A stretch of 16,084 nucleotides of DNA, from positions 601,516-617,599 of the forward strand of contig JADKKK010000003.1 of NCBI GenBank assembly GCA_016720545.1, read 5' to 3'. Below the pieces are notes generated by a model. The model was given only the letters and a program-made list of their open reading frames with translations, did no database searches and was not told the DNA's origin. Every line of letters begins with the position of its first letter. The stretch's first letter is position 1. Below are positions 15,699-16,084 of the stretch, piece after piece. The position numbers and the translations under genes were made by a program. This DNA is from Myxococcales bacterium (GTDB lineage: Bacteria > Myxococcota_A > Polyangia > Polyangiales > Polyangiaceae).

Positions 15699-16084
15699 CT
15701 ACGCGGTCGCGTTGGCCGTGGTGCCGCTCGGCACCGCGTACATCTCGACGTCGACGAGATCGGCGATGCGGGCGCCGTCGCTGCCGGCGAGCGTGATGTC
15801 ACACACCACCCGCTCGGGGGTCTGGCTGCGCACGAGCAGCGCGCACTGGATGGGGCCGGCGGCGGCGTGGCCCGCGTACCCGAGCTTGCCGATGCGGAGC
15901 GGCAGGGTCTGGCCGAGCGAGCCGAGGCCGCACAGGATGGCGAGCTGGAGGGCGCCGTCGACGGCCGCGGGGTCGGTCTCCCACGCCTCGGTCGGCCAGC
16001 CGACGTCGGAGGTGCCGGAGAGCGTGGCGCGAGCGCCGCGCGGGGAGAGCCCGTCGACCGAGCGGATCACCTGAAAGTCGTGAC
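15699..16084 (-). CDS. 3' end (C-terminal ~128 aa) of the upstream PfaA/Pfa2-like PKS subunit. It is partial and continues beyond the right edge of the window.
   Basis: The frame is open to the window edge. The translation '...DGALQLAILCGLGSLGQTLPLRIGKLGYAGHAAAGPIQCALLVRS...VVCDITLAGSDGARIADLVDVEMYAV' resembles the second half of a PKS-type hot-dog DH, which is the C-terminal domain of PfaA-type subunits. The stop is TAG at 15699-15701. Confidence 0.55.
   Translation of the reverse strand, partial: HDFQVIRSVDGLSPRGARATLSGTSDVGWPTEAWETDPAAVDGALQLAILCGLGSLGQTLPLRIGKLGYAGHAAAGPIQCALLVRSQTPERVVCDITLAGSDGARIADLVDVEMYAVPSGTTANATA

Noticed and set aside
1-16084. tRNA, rRNA, CRISPR repeats, or IS/transposase signatures
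   Set aside because: I saw no cloverleaf-like conserved tRNA blocks, no regularly spaced direct repeats, and no terminal inverted repeats or transposase-like ORFs. The window is almost entirely covered by the six protein-coding genes.

Overview
This is a very GC-rich (roughly 70% or more) window with high GC at third codon positions, which gives long spurious antisense ORFs. The gene content looks like Myxococcota, but that is an inference; no search was run. Apart from one convergent gene at the left edge, everything sits on the minus strand, and the PKS, PPTase and kinase genes are tightly packed. Reading the minus strand 5'->3' (right to left):
- 15699..>16084: the 3' end of a PfaA/Pfa2-like PKS subunit (C-terminal hot-dog/DH-like region).
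- 8796..15626: a 2276-aa PfaC/Pfa3-like subunit whose order is KS - CLF (inactive KS) - AT - ~270-aa Pro/Ala linker - two tandem (pseudo-DH + FabA-type DH) pairs. It starts with TTG, has no C-terminal AGPAT domain, and lies in the same frame as the upstream subunit, separated by a single TAG.
- 8059..8793: a Sfp/EntD-type 4'-phosphopantetheinyl transferase whose GTG sits 2 nt after the PKS stop.
- 6004..8049: a Ser/Thr protein kinase with one TM helix and a C-terminal FGE-sulfatase-like (SUMF1) domain that lacks the catalytic Cys pair.
- 1529..5830: a 1433-aa secreted, possibly lipoprotein, metzincin-type zinc metalloprotease (HEFGHAVGLRH).
Convergent on the plus strand (8..1519) is a stand-alone gamma-class N6-adenine DNA methyltransferase with motifs X, I and IV (NPPW) and a TaqI-like C-terminal target-recognition domain. 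It carries a G9 homopolymer in its inter-domain linker. No rRNA, tRNA, CRISPR or obvious IS elements were seen.
The most interesting part is the pfa-like "secondary lipid / PUFA-type" synthase segment. Its noteworthy points are the Cys-for-Ser AT active site (GYCSGE), the attached PPTase and kinase genes, and the in-frame single-stop junction between the two PKS subunits.
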